Assembly (NCBI RefSeq): GCF_031769215.1
Contig: NW_026782582.1
Coordinates: 310,001 to 374,000 of the forward strand
From: Ylistrum balloti
Taxonomy: Eukaryota
Direction of reading: 5' to 3'
DNA length: 64,000 bases
Below, in pieces: positions 1-13,200 of this stretch. The position numbers and the translations under genes were made by a program. How positions within the stretch are numbered: position 1 is the stretch's first letter; every line of letters starts with the position of its first letter. The notes below the pieces were generated by a model. That model was not told where the DNA came from. It searched no databases and was given only the letters and a program-made list of their open reading frames with translations.

Positions 1-2265
1 TTTGATGATGCTATCGTCTAATGGCTGTGAGGTGGTGATAGGTAGGAGAAACATTATAGAACATGATCTGGTGGATGGACATGACAATTATCACTAAAAA
101 TCATCAACCTTTGTTCTGAGCCATTATTTCTAAGATGAATCAGATTTTACTCTTTATCTGAAGAGATTTAATTTGTGTAAAATGTGTGTGAAGTTTGTGA
201 AACAAAAACATGCATACACGAGACAAGGAGCATAACTCTTACTAACTATCGTAATATTTTGGGGGACATGACAGGATATTTGATATCTTAAAGTTAGGAT
301 ATGTAGCATTCTACTGTGTAACAAAATAGAAATTCTAAACTACTTACACATACAGCACACCTAAAATAGCAGCAAACTTGACCTGACTTGTATCTAATAC
401 AGAAACAACTATAAATGTGACGTGTTAATTATTGCACACAAAAATATGGAGACATTGACAAATGCAAAACAAAAATCATCTCAAAAGAGAAAGAGAGGGG
501 AAAAAAACCACTTTTTTTGCTTCAAAATCTGAATCAATGATTAGCCTCTAAGATTTTCCAACAGTAATTTGAAATTTCAACCCAAAAAAAAACATTCCAA
601 ATATAGTTTGTGAATATCAGTACAGTTTCCTTACTTAAACATGAATCTTGCTTTGGCCCATTTCGTGGGGTGAGTTGCTCTTAAGACAAATTTCATGAAC
701 TGCCTTTGCAGTTCATGTTGAATTAGCCTCCCGAACAACCCCTTCAAAATGACCAAAGATTGAATGCTTATATTTCAGTTAAATTGGTTTGTTTTCAATA
801 TATTGAACTAATCCAAGTCTATAGTTACCAGAACTAGAGCAAAGTTAAATGAACTGAGTTAAAAGTATAGTCTGACATTTTAACTTAGAGGATGATCAAA
901 CAGTATTAGTCAGGCAAAACAAGGTTATACGACACAATTTAAAACGAAAAATTCAAAACAACATAAATAAATTGTAATAATTGATTTTGTCAATATATCA
1001 GAGAAAACATGAAAATTCTTCAACCTCGAAGAATAACATCTGTACCGAGTTCCACAGACGTGTCCTGCTTCCCACAAACTGGGCAGTAGTCATCTTTAAA
1101 TTGTCATAGCGTGTGTTGTGACTCTTCTTATGTATCCATGGCACCAAGAACTTAGTCAAACAGATGTATCAGATTCACTCAGTCGATGATCTTGGTCTTG
1201 TTCATGATTTTCATTTCAGTCAGTGGAGGGATGAAAAATCCTTAGCAGATGACAACATTTCTCGGTTTTTAAGCTAACATAGCAAGCAAATCTGTTCTGC
1301 TGTAAATTTCCTCCATGTCACATTTTGATTGTTTAATGGTTTACATCATTACATGCACTTATCTCATCCAATTTATATTCTACAAATCTGGAGTAAATTT
1401 GAGTTAAAAGTTTAGCATCAAACATGTGTTGTCTCCCCTTACAGAATCTGTGAAGGCCATTTTCATACACCTAGAACACTCTTCATCTCGTCAAATACAT
1501 GGACAAATGAAAAAGGCTAGATTTGGTAGTTTCATTGAGCCAAATTGAACTACAATAGTGTGAAACTAAATACATTTCATTCATTTATGTTTTCATTTGA
1601 AAATATTGATCTAAATTTGTGAAGTTTGACAATAAGACAACAACTTGTATTGAAATACAGTAAAATAAATATATAGAGAATAGAAAGGGTGGAAGTTTGA
1701 TTATAACACATTGATAAATGACAAATACAACCACCGACATATTGTAAACACAGAAGTAGTATACTGAGGTGATGCAAGGCCACACTGTGGGCCTGGCTCA
1801 CTAGAAATAAATATTCCCAGTAAATAACAGATTATATCCTCACTTTATTTCAGAACCTCACCATTTTTCTATCACACATTTACCTGTAAGGGTATACTTC
1901 GGAAGAGGAATATTTTGTTTTTGGTTTTAAAGATAATCTCTTGTGTAGAAAGCGTGGATCACACACAAAATGACAGATGGTCAGTATAATTATGGCTGAA
2001 CAATTCAAGATACACAGCTATATGTATATAGAGAAATGTGGAAATCAAAGGTACATTTTCTGAAAGTCAAATTCACATCTTTTGTGAGATTTTCACAGTT
2101 CACAGTTTCTATACTAAACTGAAGCACATTGTAAGATGTTTGTTCGTTGCTAACTTCCTTTGCTTAAAATAAAAAGGCTAATTTCACCAAATTACGATGT
2201 TCTATGTTATTCCTTGTTACAAGGAATACATTATCATCAATGCCATATTAAGAGAAATGCCCGAT

Positions 2266-3362
2266 AACAAACAAGACATCCCAGAAGGATCTTGGTGCCC
2301 ACCATTTTTTAATCCTCATTTGTTCTATTAAAAGTTGGATCTTTTCTCTTCTGTTCTTTTTTATCTTGTTTGCATGTAATTTTATACAGCAGGCCTAAAG
2401 GGCGTGCATCACTCATCTTGCTTAAGCTGCAACTGCTTTATCAAAACTGAACTAAAAAAAAGTCTGAAGGTTTATATCTATTTCCTCTTAAGGCTCCTAA
2501 TCTCTGTCCCCAGTGGGTCAGCCAAACCATTCCTACAGACCTCTCCTTAGAAGTCTCCTTCACCTAAGCATGCTTCAGACTAAATTGGAACAGAATCCAG
2601 ACTTTCCTCCTGAAGAAAGTCTTTAAAACATTTGCACTTGTTTCACCTCTTGGGCCAAGCCCTTCCTATCACAAGGGGCCAAGGTCCTCTGTGTTTTACA
2701 AAATTGAGTCCCTTCTACCCAAAAATGTTTCAGACCAAATTTTGACCGAATCCAGGCATTCCTACAGAAGAAAAGTGATTTTACATAATTAAATCTAATT
2801 GACATATAAGGCCCTGCCTCTCTAGCCACATGGGGGCCTGAGATCCATCATTTATACAAAATTGATACCCCCTCACCCAAGGATGTTTCAGACATAGTTA
2901 GGAAAGAATCCTGACATTCCCAAAGAAGAAGGATTCTTAAAACTTGCTCCATTTTCCCTTTTGGGCTCTGACCCTATCGCCCTAGTACACCAAGACCCCT
3001 CATTTATACAAAATCGGAACCATCTTCACCCAAGAATACTTCAGAATAAATCTGAACAAAACCCAATCATTTATACAAATGAAGAATCATTTTACAGAAC
3101 TTGCTAAATTTTTCCTTTTTTACCCCATCTCTCAGGCCCTGGTGGGGCTGAAACCTACAATTTATACAAACTTTATTCACCTCCCATCAAATTAGGTAAA
3201 AAGCTGTTCAGTTGTTCATGACTAGCAGTGATTTTTAGTAGAAAATTGAATGACACTGGACACCAGACACTGAACAACAGATGCCAGACACAAGATGCTA
3301 GACGATAGATGCCGAGCATGACATAAGTTCACAGGTAGTTTAGACAAGGTGATGTTAAAAAC
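2266..3362 (-). mobile_element. Degenerate Helentron-associated non-autonomous element (HINE-like) with internal ~150-160 bp repeats
   Basis: One end is aacaagacatcccagaaggatct (small hairpin). The other is ...agacaaggtgatgttaaaaac, preceded by AGAC/GGAC-like microsatellite remnants (about 3255-3320). About 4-5 diverged monomers (catttatacaaaattga...cccaaggatgtttcagac) lie between. The layout resembles non-autonomous Helentrons described in Crassostrea gigas (recalled, not searched). Confidence 0.5.
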
Positions 3363-4243
3363 AATAATCTTTAACTGTCAAATAAAGAAGGTCCCCAGTT
3401 TCTGATCTGTTCCAAAGTCAAGAGAACACAACTAGGGACAAAGGGGAACCTGCATCGTAAATCTAAAACAGATCTATCCAATATTTGTCAAGTGATAACA
3501 ATAATACACTTGCATTGACAAAATCCTAACTACCACCTGTCTGCCATCTTGTTCTTCTTACAGTCCAAAAAACAAAAGGCCACAACTTGGTAGCAAGGGG
3601 ATTCACTTATAGAATTTAAGAAAGATTGATCCAAGTACTTCTAAAGAAATAGCAAAAATGTACATAGTCAAAATACAACATGGCCACTTATCATGTTGCT
3701 ATTTAACTGGTCCCAATATCCAGAGGGCACAACCAGGGAACCAAGGGGAACCTTACATAAGAAATTTCAGAAAGATCCATTCTGCCGGAAATAGTGTGAA
3801 CAAATTGTAATAGTCAAATTGTAAGCATTGATGTATCAACGAAGGACCAAAGGGAACGAAAATTTGGGAAATATCTATCCATCGTGTACTTGACAAGAAA
3901 TCTTTATAACAAGATTTATTTTAAGGACAAAGGAAGGAAAGACCACCGACGCAGGGCAATATTTAACAGCCTACCACCACTTGACTGAATGACAAATTAC
4001 ACATCTGTACTTCACTAGGAATAACTATTTAAGACATTTACCAAGTGTCCCAATGTTTCTAAATGTTCTGTTTCCTCCAAGTACTGGGTCAAAGACAACT
4101 TACAGATACATCATTGAAACGTTGGTCTGCAGGCATGTGAAAAACACTAAGCCACTCTTTTTGTGGTAGTTTGATTCTAACCATTTAAAATGTAGATGTA
4201 GAATGACTTAGAGATAGTCCTAATGTAGAGCGTTGCGCTGTTA

Positions 4244-7200
4244 TCAATCCATCTCCTCCTTTTTCTCTGCATCTGTCTCAATTTCTTCACATAAATCAGT
4301 GTTTGATGTTTCCTTCAGAGCAAACAAATTCTTTTCCTGAATTGCACAGATAGCCTCTTCCCAGCAGGATAGTGTCTGAACAGAAATAATAACAAACTGT
4401 AAATTGACCTGTATTTTACAATATTCTCTATAATCCCACAAGTGATTCCATTTCTGCTGAAGACTGCCAATTCAGACTTGTGTAATTTGGTAACCTGTGA
4501 AATCTGGACAGTACGTGTCAAACTAAACAAGATTCAAGGCAGGAGCTTTGATAAAGAATGATGAATAAAGCTATGAAAGCTTTCAAATTTGATAATAAAA
4601 AAGTAGATGTTTGTTCAAGATGTGAAAACTTTACCTAGGAATCTTTTTCAAATGGCCTTCTTTATTAGAACTTAAATCACCATCTTAAAATACAACATTA
4701 TCTCAATAACACACTTTCATAACACAATTTCAAGGTATTGCACCCTTAATCTGATTATAGTTGACACCTATTAGTTTGATGCCTATCAGGTTATATTGAG
4801 CTTTTTGTCAATATCTCAATCTGCTAGGTTGACACCTTTCAGGTTAATATAAGCAAGTTGTAAATCTGCTATGTTGACACCTATCCATGTACTAGGTTAA
4901 TGCCTACCCTTCATAGTAACCTATTTGTCTATTAACTAGGTTAATGCCTACCCTTTGTAGTAAGTTATTTGTCAGTTAACTAGGTTAATGCCTACCCTTT
5001 GTAGTAAGCTATTTGTCTGTTAACTAAGTTGATGCCTACCCTTTCATAGTGAGCTATTTGTCTAATAACTAGGTTAATGCCTACCCTTTGTAGTAGGCTA
5101 TTTGTCAACTAACAAGGTTGATGCCTTCCCTTTCGTAGTGAGCTATTTGTCTATTAACTAAGTTGATGCCTACCCTACGTAGTAAGCTATTTGTCTATTA
5201 ACTAGGTTGATGCCTACCCTTTCGTAGTAAGCTATTTGCCTATCTGCTAGATTGATGAAGAGTTCCTTGAGGTCACGTTGTTTGTTTTTGTGCCATCTCT
5301 CCATGTCCACCCTGAGGTCTGCATCAGCACAAGCTGTTTTATCATTTAATGATTCCATTTGCGTAGTGAGCTGAAATGAAGAAGTAAAATTCAATCAGGT
5401 TTGGTATTATAAAGTTTAACATCTGTCATTCCTGTACACACTGTGAAGAGTTTGCCATAAATCAGGTTTTGGGCCTGTCCATCAGGTTCATTTGAGCCCC
5501 ATTCATCTGGTTCCAGGGAGATAAAATCCCTCATTTGGGCCCCATTCATCTGGTTACAGGGAGATCAGATCCCTAATTTGGGCCCTATCCATTAGGTTAT
5601 AGGGAGACCAGATCCATAATTTGTACAATTTGAAATATCCACCTTGTTTTAAGCTTCCAACCAGATATTAGTGATACCCATGCAGTCCATAGTTTAGAGA
5701 ACTTACCAGTAATATAACCCAGTTTCTTCAGAGAAGAACTTGTTTCAATCATTAATAACCATATAACCCTGTATTGCCCACCTCTTAGCCCTCAGAGAGA
5801 TCAGAACCTCTATTTGTAGAATTTTGAATCACCACCTCCACTCAGAGCTTCCAAGCAAATACAGCAGCAATAATGCCAGATTCCTCCCATTTAGCTACAT
5901 ATCTCAGCCCCCAGGTGGGTCAGCCCCACCATTTACACAACTTGATCCTCCACTTCCCAAAAAATTTTCAAAGTAAATGCTAGTGGTATGCAGTGAATTA
6001 TTCTAGAGAAGAAGTGGGGGAGTTGGTACAATTCTAAATCCCCACCACCTCTGATCAAATATGAATCAAGTGTATAAATGTTGGTTTATGGCAATTAAGC
6101 CAAATTCCCCCTACAACACCATTTGCACAACTATGAATCCCCACCAAATAAGTATGGTTTTATTCAAGTTACAGTCCTATCAATGTTTTAAAAGAAGTTA
6201 TTTGAAGAAATTGTTGATGATGGAGTACAGCAAAAGCTTACCTTGGTCTTTAGAACCTTTTGAGCTAATAATAGTAAAATCACTTTAGAAAGAAAACTTT
6301 AAGACGTTGACAGTAAACAAATGCTTTACAGCATGTCACACTTACATCTGTAATTTGTTGTTCTAATTTATCTTGCTTTTGTTGTTTCACGTCTTCGGGA
6401 TCCTTTCCAAGAAAAGCTCCGATGGAGTAGGTCTGGTCTGATATCTTCACCTGAAGTGTAAAGTTATTGTTAACACATCTGTCTACAGTTACTGTTAACA
6501 CATCTGTCTACAGTGATGAAGTGTGAAGTTACTGTTAATACATCTGTCTACAGTGCTGAAATGTTGAGTTATTGTTAACACATCTGTCTACAGTGATGAA
6601 GTGTTAAGTTACTGATAACACATCTGTCTACAGTGATGAAGTGTTAAGTTACTGTTAATACATCTGTCTACAGTGCTGAAATGTTGAGTTATTGTTAACA
6701 CATCTGTCTACAGTGATGAAGTGTTAAGTTACTGATAACACATCTGTCTACAGTGATGAAGTGTTAAGTTACTGATAACACATCTGTCTACAGTGATGAA
6801 GTGTTAAGTTACTGATAACACATTTGTCTACAGTGATGAAGTGTTAAGTTACTGTTAACACATCTGTCTACAGTGATGAAGTGATATCACAAATTTAAGT
6901 CAAACAAGTAAAACATCCCCACAGTTATTATTGATGTACATGATAGGCTAAAGCTGATCAAAAATGTGATGAAAATTCAATAATACTTGAATTTCACTAC
7001 AACAGGACATCTGTGTAGGACAATCATTTAGTCCAATAACACAATATCATTATTGAGTTTGTTATGTCAGACAACGCCTATGTACTAATTTTTACAATAT
7101 GTAAATTTTGACCAATCAGAAGCTCCCCTCGGCAGACATTATGTTAAATCAATGAGGCTTATGGGCCTTAACGGTCACCTAACTATAAAGACCTATATAT

Positions 7201-10200
7201 GACAGGTCAACTTGGCCCAAGTTGTTCATCTTCTCTATAGCTAACAAAGAAGATGTGGTCAATTTATAAAAACATTTTCAGCAAATATGAAATCTTTTTT
7301 CTTATAAATGCTACTACACAAATACTGTGAGTCTGAACCTATTGCTTGTTGAAAGAAGAAATTTACCTGTTCTCGTTCATCCTTTTTCTTACTCAGCTCT
7401 TCAATTGTTATGTCATACTCCATCTGGATAGCATCTCTACGTCGTAGAACAGCCTAAAAATATATATATCCCATAGAAGTACACTGAATAGCATCTCTAC
7501 GTCGTAGAACAGCCTATTAATATATATATCACATAGAAGTACACTGAATAGCATCTCTACATCGTAGAACCGCAGATAAATATATATGTCACATAGAAGT
7601 ACACTGAATAGCATATCTACGTCGTAGAACCGCAGATAAATATATATATCACATAGTAGTACACTGAATAGCATCTCTACGTCGTAGAACAGCCTATAAA
7701 TATATATATCACATAGAAGTACACTGAATAGCATCTCTACGTCGTAGAACCGCAGATAAATATATATATCACATAGAAGTACACTGAATAACATCTCTAC
7801 GTCGTAGAACAGCCTAAAAATATATATATCACATAGAAGTACACTGAATAGCATCTCTACGTCGTAGAACCGCAGATAAATATATATATCACATAGAAGT
7901 ACACTGAATAGCATCTCTACGTCGTAGAACCGCAGATAAATATATATATCACATAGAAGTACACTGAATAGCATCTCTACGTCGTAGAACCGCAGATAAA
8001 TATATATATCACATAGAAGTACAGTCTGTATATACACCGTGTACAATACCCAGAATTGCTAAAAGTGTGAGCACCATGGGCTGCAAGTTAAAACAGTCGA
8101 AAGAAAGGTCATTGTAGGGCAGACAATATTTTGGTATCACTCCTAAAGGATTTTTATTTGACTTTCCATATATTGCACTTACCCCCTCAATGTTTAGAGT
8201 TTAATTCTAGTCCGTACCTTTGGCTGAATACTGTATGGTTACTTCAGATACTTTGACACAGATTTGCTAGTCTATTCTGACTTTTCAGTTTTGAAATGCA
8301 TATTTTTCTTGTAGCAATGCCACTGGTCATCAATAGATAGGAGTTATAAGAAGATTTGTTGCTGGTATAATCAGTAACAAATCCTGTACAATAGACCCTG
8401 TGTAAACAGAAGTGTACCACCGTATCACCATAAACAGTACGACTTGTCACATCCACACGGACTTACCTTGATGGCATCACAATAGAGAGTGTATTCTTTG
8501 AGAGGCTGTGAGAAGTTTGCTTCCGTCCGCTCAATCTGCAAAAACAGTGTAACATCATGTATATATTCCTGGTGTAATATAGTCTGTTTATATTTGTGGA
8601 GAAACGTTTATAAATGTAAAACCAATATACAACTATGCTTCCAAAGACACCTAGAATTACAATTACTGGACCAAGTTTTTCTGTAGTAACATCACTGCAC
8701 AGAAACTGATCTACAGACACATTTCTCTAGATGTACCTCTACAATCACCACATATCTCTCTAGATGTAACCCTACAATCACCACATATCTCTCTAGATGT
8801 ACTCCTACCATCACCACATATCTCTCTAGATGTACCCCCTACAATCACCACATATCTCTCTAGATGTACCCCCTATAATCACCACATATCTCTCTGAATG
8901 TAACCCTACAATCACCACATATCTCTCTGAATGTAACCCTACAATCACCACATATCTCTCTAGATGTACCCCTACAATTACCACATATCTCTCTAGATGT
9001 AACCCTACGATCACCACACATCTCTCTAGATGTACCCCCTACAATCACCACATATCTCTCTAGATGTAACCCTACAATCACCACATATCTCTCTAGATGT
9101 ACCCCCTACAATCACCACATATCTCTCTAGATGTACCCACTACAATCACCACATATCTCTCTAGATGTAACCCTACAATCACCACATATCTCTCCATATG
9201 TTCCTCTAAAATCACCACAATACTTCTGTAGTTATACATAAGCATCAACAAATCTCCTTCCCTGTTTCAAATGTGTGATTAGAAATTTCATTTTTGAAGT
9301 CAATGTACACAAATAACATTTATGAAATCTTTGACACAATGATCAATCAGTTAGATAAACATATAACTGCAAGGAAAATGCCTTTTTCAATCTTACTACA
9401 ATTCAGATATTATCATTATGATACACAAGTTTCACTTATTGTAGCTTTTGTGTACATACCACTTCCTTCAGAGCATCACAGCTGGAGTCCACAGCCTTTG
9501 ACATTGCCAACAGTGAGGTTGTAAGATTGTCCTCAGAGTTTGCCCACAGAGTATATATTGGTCCCCAGTCCTTCATCTCTAACAAATATTCTGAAACCAC
9601 AAAAAAATTCATAATCTGAAAATTTTATTTGATGTGACTTAGCTGAGAGTACAAGTGCTGTTTTAGTTGTCAGAAGGAAACCAAAGTATGGAAACAACTA
9701 ACCCAATAGACATCCTCGACTGCTGCTTTAAGTACTAACTTTTATTCTAGAGGAATGTGATATGACACTCACAATTAAATACATTTATCATGCAGTGATG
9801 CACAAATGTTGAATACTTTCAGATCTTAAAAATAGAAAAGACTGATATGTCAGTGATTAAGCCAGAAAAATGAAAGAAAATGATCGACTATCCTGAAACC
9901 TTCTTCATAACCTAAAGTATTCCCCTCCCCCCACTTCTACAAAGGTAAATGTGAAACCCCCTCCCCCACCTCAACAAAGGTAAATGTGAAACCCCCTCCC
10001 CCACCTCAACAAAGGTAAATGTGAAACCCCCTCCCCCACCTCAACAAAGGTAAATGTGAAACCCCCTCCCCCACCTCAACAAAGGTAAATGTGAAACCCC
10101 CTCCCCCACCTCAACAAAGGTAAATGTGAAACCCTGCATAATGAAATTTACCAAATTGTTTATCCATGAAGTGTATTTCATTCTTCCATGTCTGGGTTGG

Positions 10201-13200
10201 GTATTGAGAATTTTTTGATTTGAATCAATTTGAATTTGGCATCAGTGGAACTTGAGAAATTAAAAATGTGTAGAGTTAACATACTGCATAGTGACATGCA
10301 AGGCAAACCATGATGTATGTAGGTCATCCTGACTGTTAGGTCAGATGGCCCAGCAACTAAACAGTGACCTCACCTCCCTGTTCCTTGGACACTCTTTGTG
10401 ATATTCTGTCGAGAACACCAAGCTTATCAGAGAAGGACTGAACATATTCATGCATCATTGTGAACTCTGGAGAGCGATTTTTCATCATGTAGGCAGCGCT
10501 GATGTTGTGTATGGAGTCAGAGACACGACTAAGGATACCAGATCCCTGCTTCTTGTGTGCTTGGAATTCCTAAACCCAAATTTCATATACATATATTACA
10601 CTTTGAAATATGTTTTATTTTTCAATTAATTAACACAAATGAAATAGTTCAATTGAAGATATTCAGAAAATACGAGCAGAAAAAGCACTGTGAATGCTGT
10701 AAAAATGTTTCTCAACTTGCATGTACAAAAATATTTTTAAGCTAGAAATGTGATATGTATCTCTTTCATCTAATTATTGAGACCAATTTGGTTAACTGCC
10801 CTCCTATCAAATTAACTATTGATGTTTCAGACAAAAGTGTTCAAAATCTGCTAATAATTTTAGATACAATAGCATTTTATAGCAAAGATTTGGCTAATTT
10901 CTCTTTTAGGATTCTGCTTCCCTGTCCCCATAGGTTGAACTGTTTCAGAAAATTCGTCCTTTTTCATATAGAAAAAAAGGTAAAAATAATGGTCTTACCC
11001 AGGCTTTGGCAGTAAGGAATACACGAAAGTTTGTATCAAAGGACAGCACTGGGTGATCAGCTATCCTAGTCAGAAATTTCTGTAGAGCTGACTGCCGTAC
11101 TTGTAAGAACTCTTGGCTGAATCTATCTAAGCGTCGTAGACTGTGCTTTTCTGGCAATGGCTTCAAAGTTCAAAAGAATGACAAGATGAATCCAACTAAA
11201 GAAACAAGTTATCAAAAACAGTACAAATATCTTCATCATTCCATTTAGACTTATTAGGAAAACATTATTGTGGACACAAAAATGCTGGTAAGGAACTTGT
11301 AACAAAGACTGATATTGGTGAATTGTTCACCTGTTCTGCAACCTACAAATAGAACTTGTCAATTTCTGCAAATATGAAAGCTAATTCCGAAAACAAAAGG
11401 TTTAAGGTTTACATCTTACCCCTGTATCCTTGAAAGTCATTAATTTCAAAAGAGACCCATTGTTTACTCAAAACTAGTTCCATTTCCTGAAAGATGCTTC
11501 TGACCGATTTTAGATAAAACCCTATCATTCTTACAAGACTTCAAATAATATACATCTCCTCATGGCCAAGACCTACTATCTATACACAAGAATTACAATG
11601 ATGTCCCATGTGTCCCTGCTCCTCATGTCAGATTTATAAAAAAACATACCTACGGAGAGAGAAATTATATTGGTTAAAAGTAGAGCTAAACGGGAAACTT
11701 TAACACAGCACAATTAAGTTACAAAGTATATTTAAAAGTAAATTGTAGGTGAAATTAAGAAGCTGAAGTATGTGTTGAAGAAGCCATACATGGAAATAAG
11801 TATATTCTTGGTTTGGTTTTGACAGCTCAAATACTTTCAACCACGCTTAGAGCCCATGGGTTTTAAATCCTGATCATAAAGACCTACTTTGCCACCTTGT
11901 ACAGGTAATTAGATAGATCAAACCATGTGTTTCCTGATCAGAAAACAATGTTGTTTTGACATCACAGAATAGAATCAAACGGCTTATTTCTCATATAACA
12001 TCAACTTATGACTTACAGGTACTAGGTGTGTAGGGTAGCTTTCCTCTAGCCGTTGTCGTAGCCACAGGAAATCATTATACCTTCGCCTGACAGAGTACTC
12101 GCTGTCGTCAAACTCACTCCTGGTGGTCTACAGTACAAAATGTAAGTTAAATCAATAACAGTTTTGAATGAGTTGAACAGGTCTTCTGGTTCACATATTC
12201 CCTACTTGTAAGATTAAACAATAACCTATCAAGCACATCATGCCATATTTTACACAGACAAATAGGGGAGATCAGTGATTATTTTCAGGGTTTTTGATTT
12301 CAATTAATAGAGGTTTGTGTGCAACATGTTTGTCAAAATTTTTCACTCAGTTTTCAATAATGAGAATCTATTCAAATATTATGAATAAAGTTCGAATGTA
12401 TTCTTAGTATTTCGAGACAAGAGAAAATTTTCAAGTCAAAAGAAGATTTTCAAAGTTTGCTAGCCCCATTGATTACCTACTTGCTGTATAACCAAACATT
12501 GGACCTATGACACCATGGCAGCCATATTAGATAAGACAACAAATATAGGTATAAACCTGGGAGGGAACTACAAAATACAGGAGTTTTTACATTGTGAGGC
12601 AAAATCATGCTCCAAGGAATGGCTTGTGTGCTTGCTATTTTTGCTTTCTAGACCTCAAGTCCATAGAAATTCAGGGGAGACAAGTCTTTTTGGAAAAAAA
12701 CAACCTATAAAGACCCAAAACTAATAAAATATGATTGGAGAGTGGGATATCTTGTTCAATATTTCAACCTTTAAATCTGTGATAAACTAATCAGAGGTAC
12801 TGTTCTCTAGTTGTAATATGACAATTAAAAATATCTGAACAAGATCAAAACAAAAGATATTTTAATAATTCACCTTTGTGTTAATTCTAAATGTGACATA
12901 GGCCTCCATTGTGCTTGTATGTTTCTCTGGGTCATCTACAACCACAAAGAGGTCACGAGTCTCATCATCAAGGTCATCATCGTACCGACTCAAGTTGGCT
13001 ATCAGACTGGAGCTGCGCGACACGCTCAGGTCAGATTTTCCAGAGGCATCTAAACTAAGACTCTCCATCTGTGAATATCAAGGAGTGCTACTTAACACTT
13101 AGAACAACATTTAAACATGTAACAAGTTCTGAGAATAGCAACGAGTGCTACTTTAATTTGTAAACTGGCTGCATCAACAAGAGGCCCATAGGGCCTGTAT

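Noticed and set aside
7408-8046. 212-aa minus-strand ORF with 20-aa repeats
   Set aside because: It is a translation of the 60-bp array in a different frame from SNX exon 8, with no independent gene structure.
8826-9084. Overlapping short ORFs on both strands
   Set aside because: 33-bp repeat translations in SNX intron 6.
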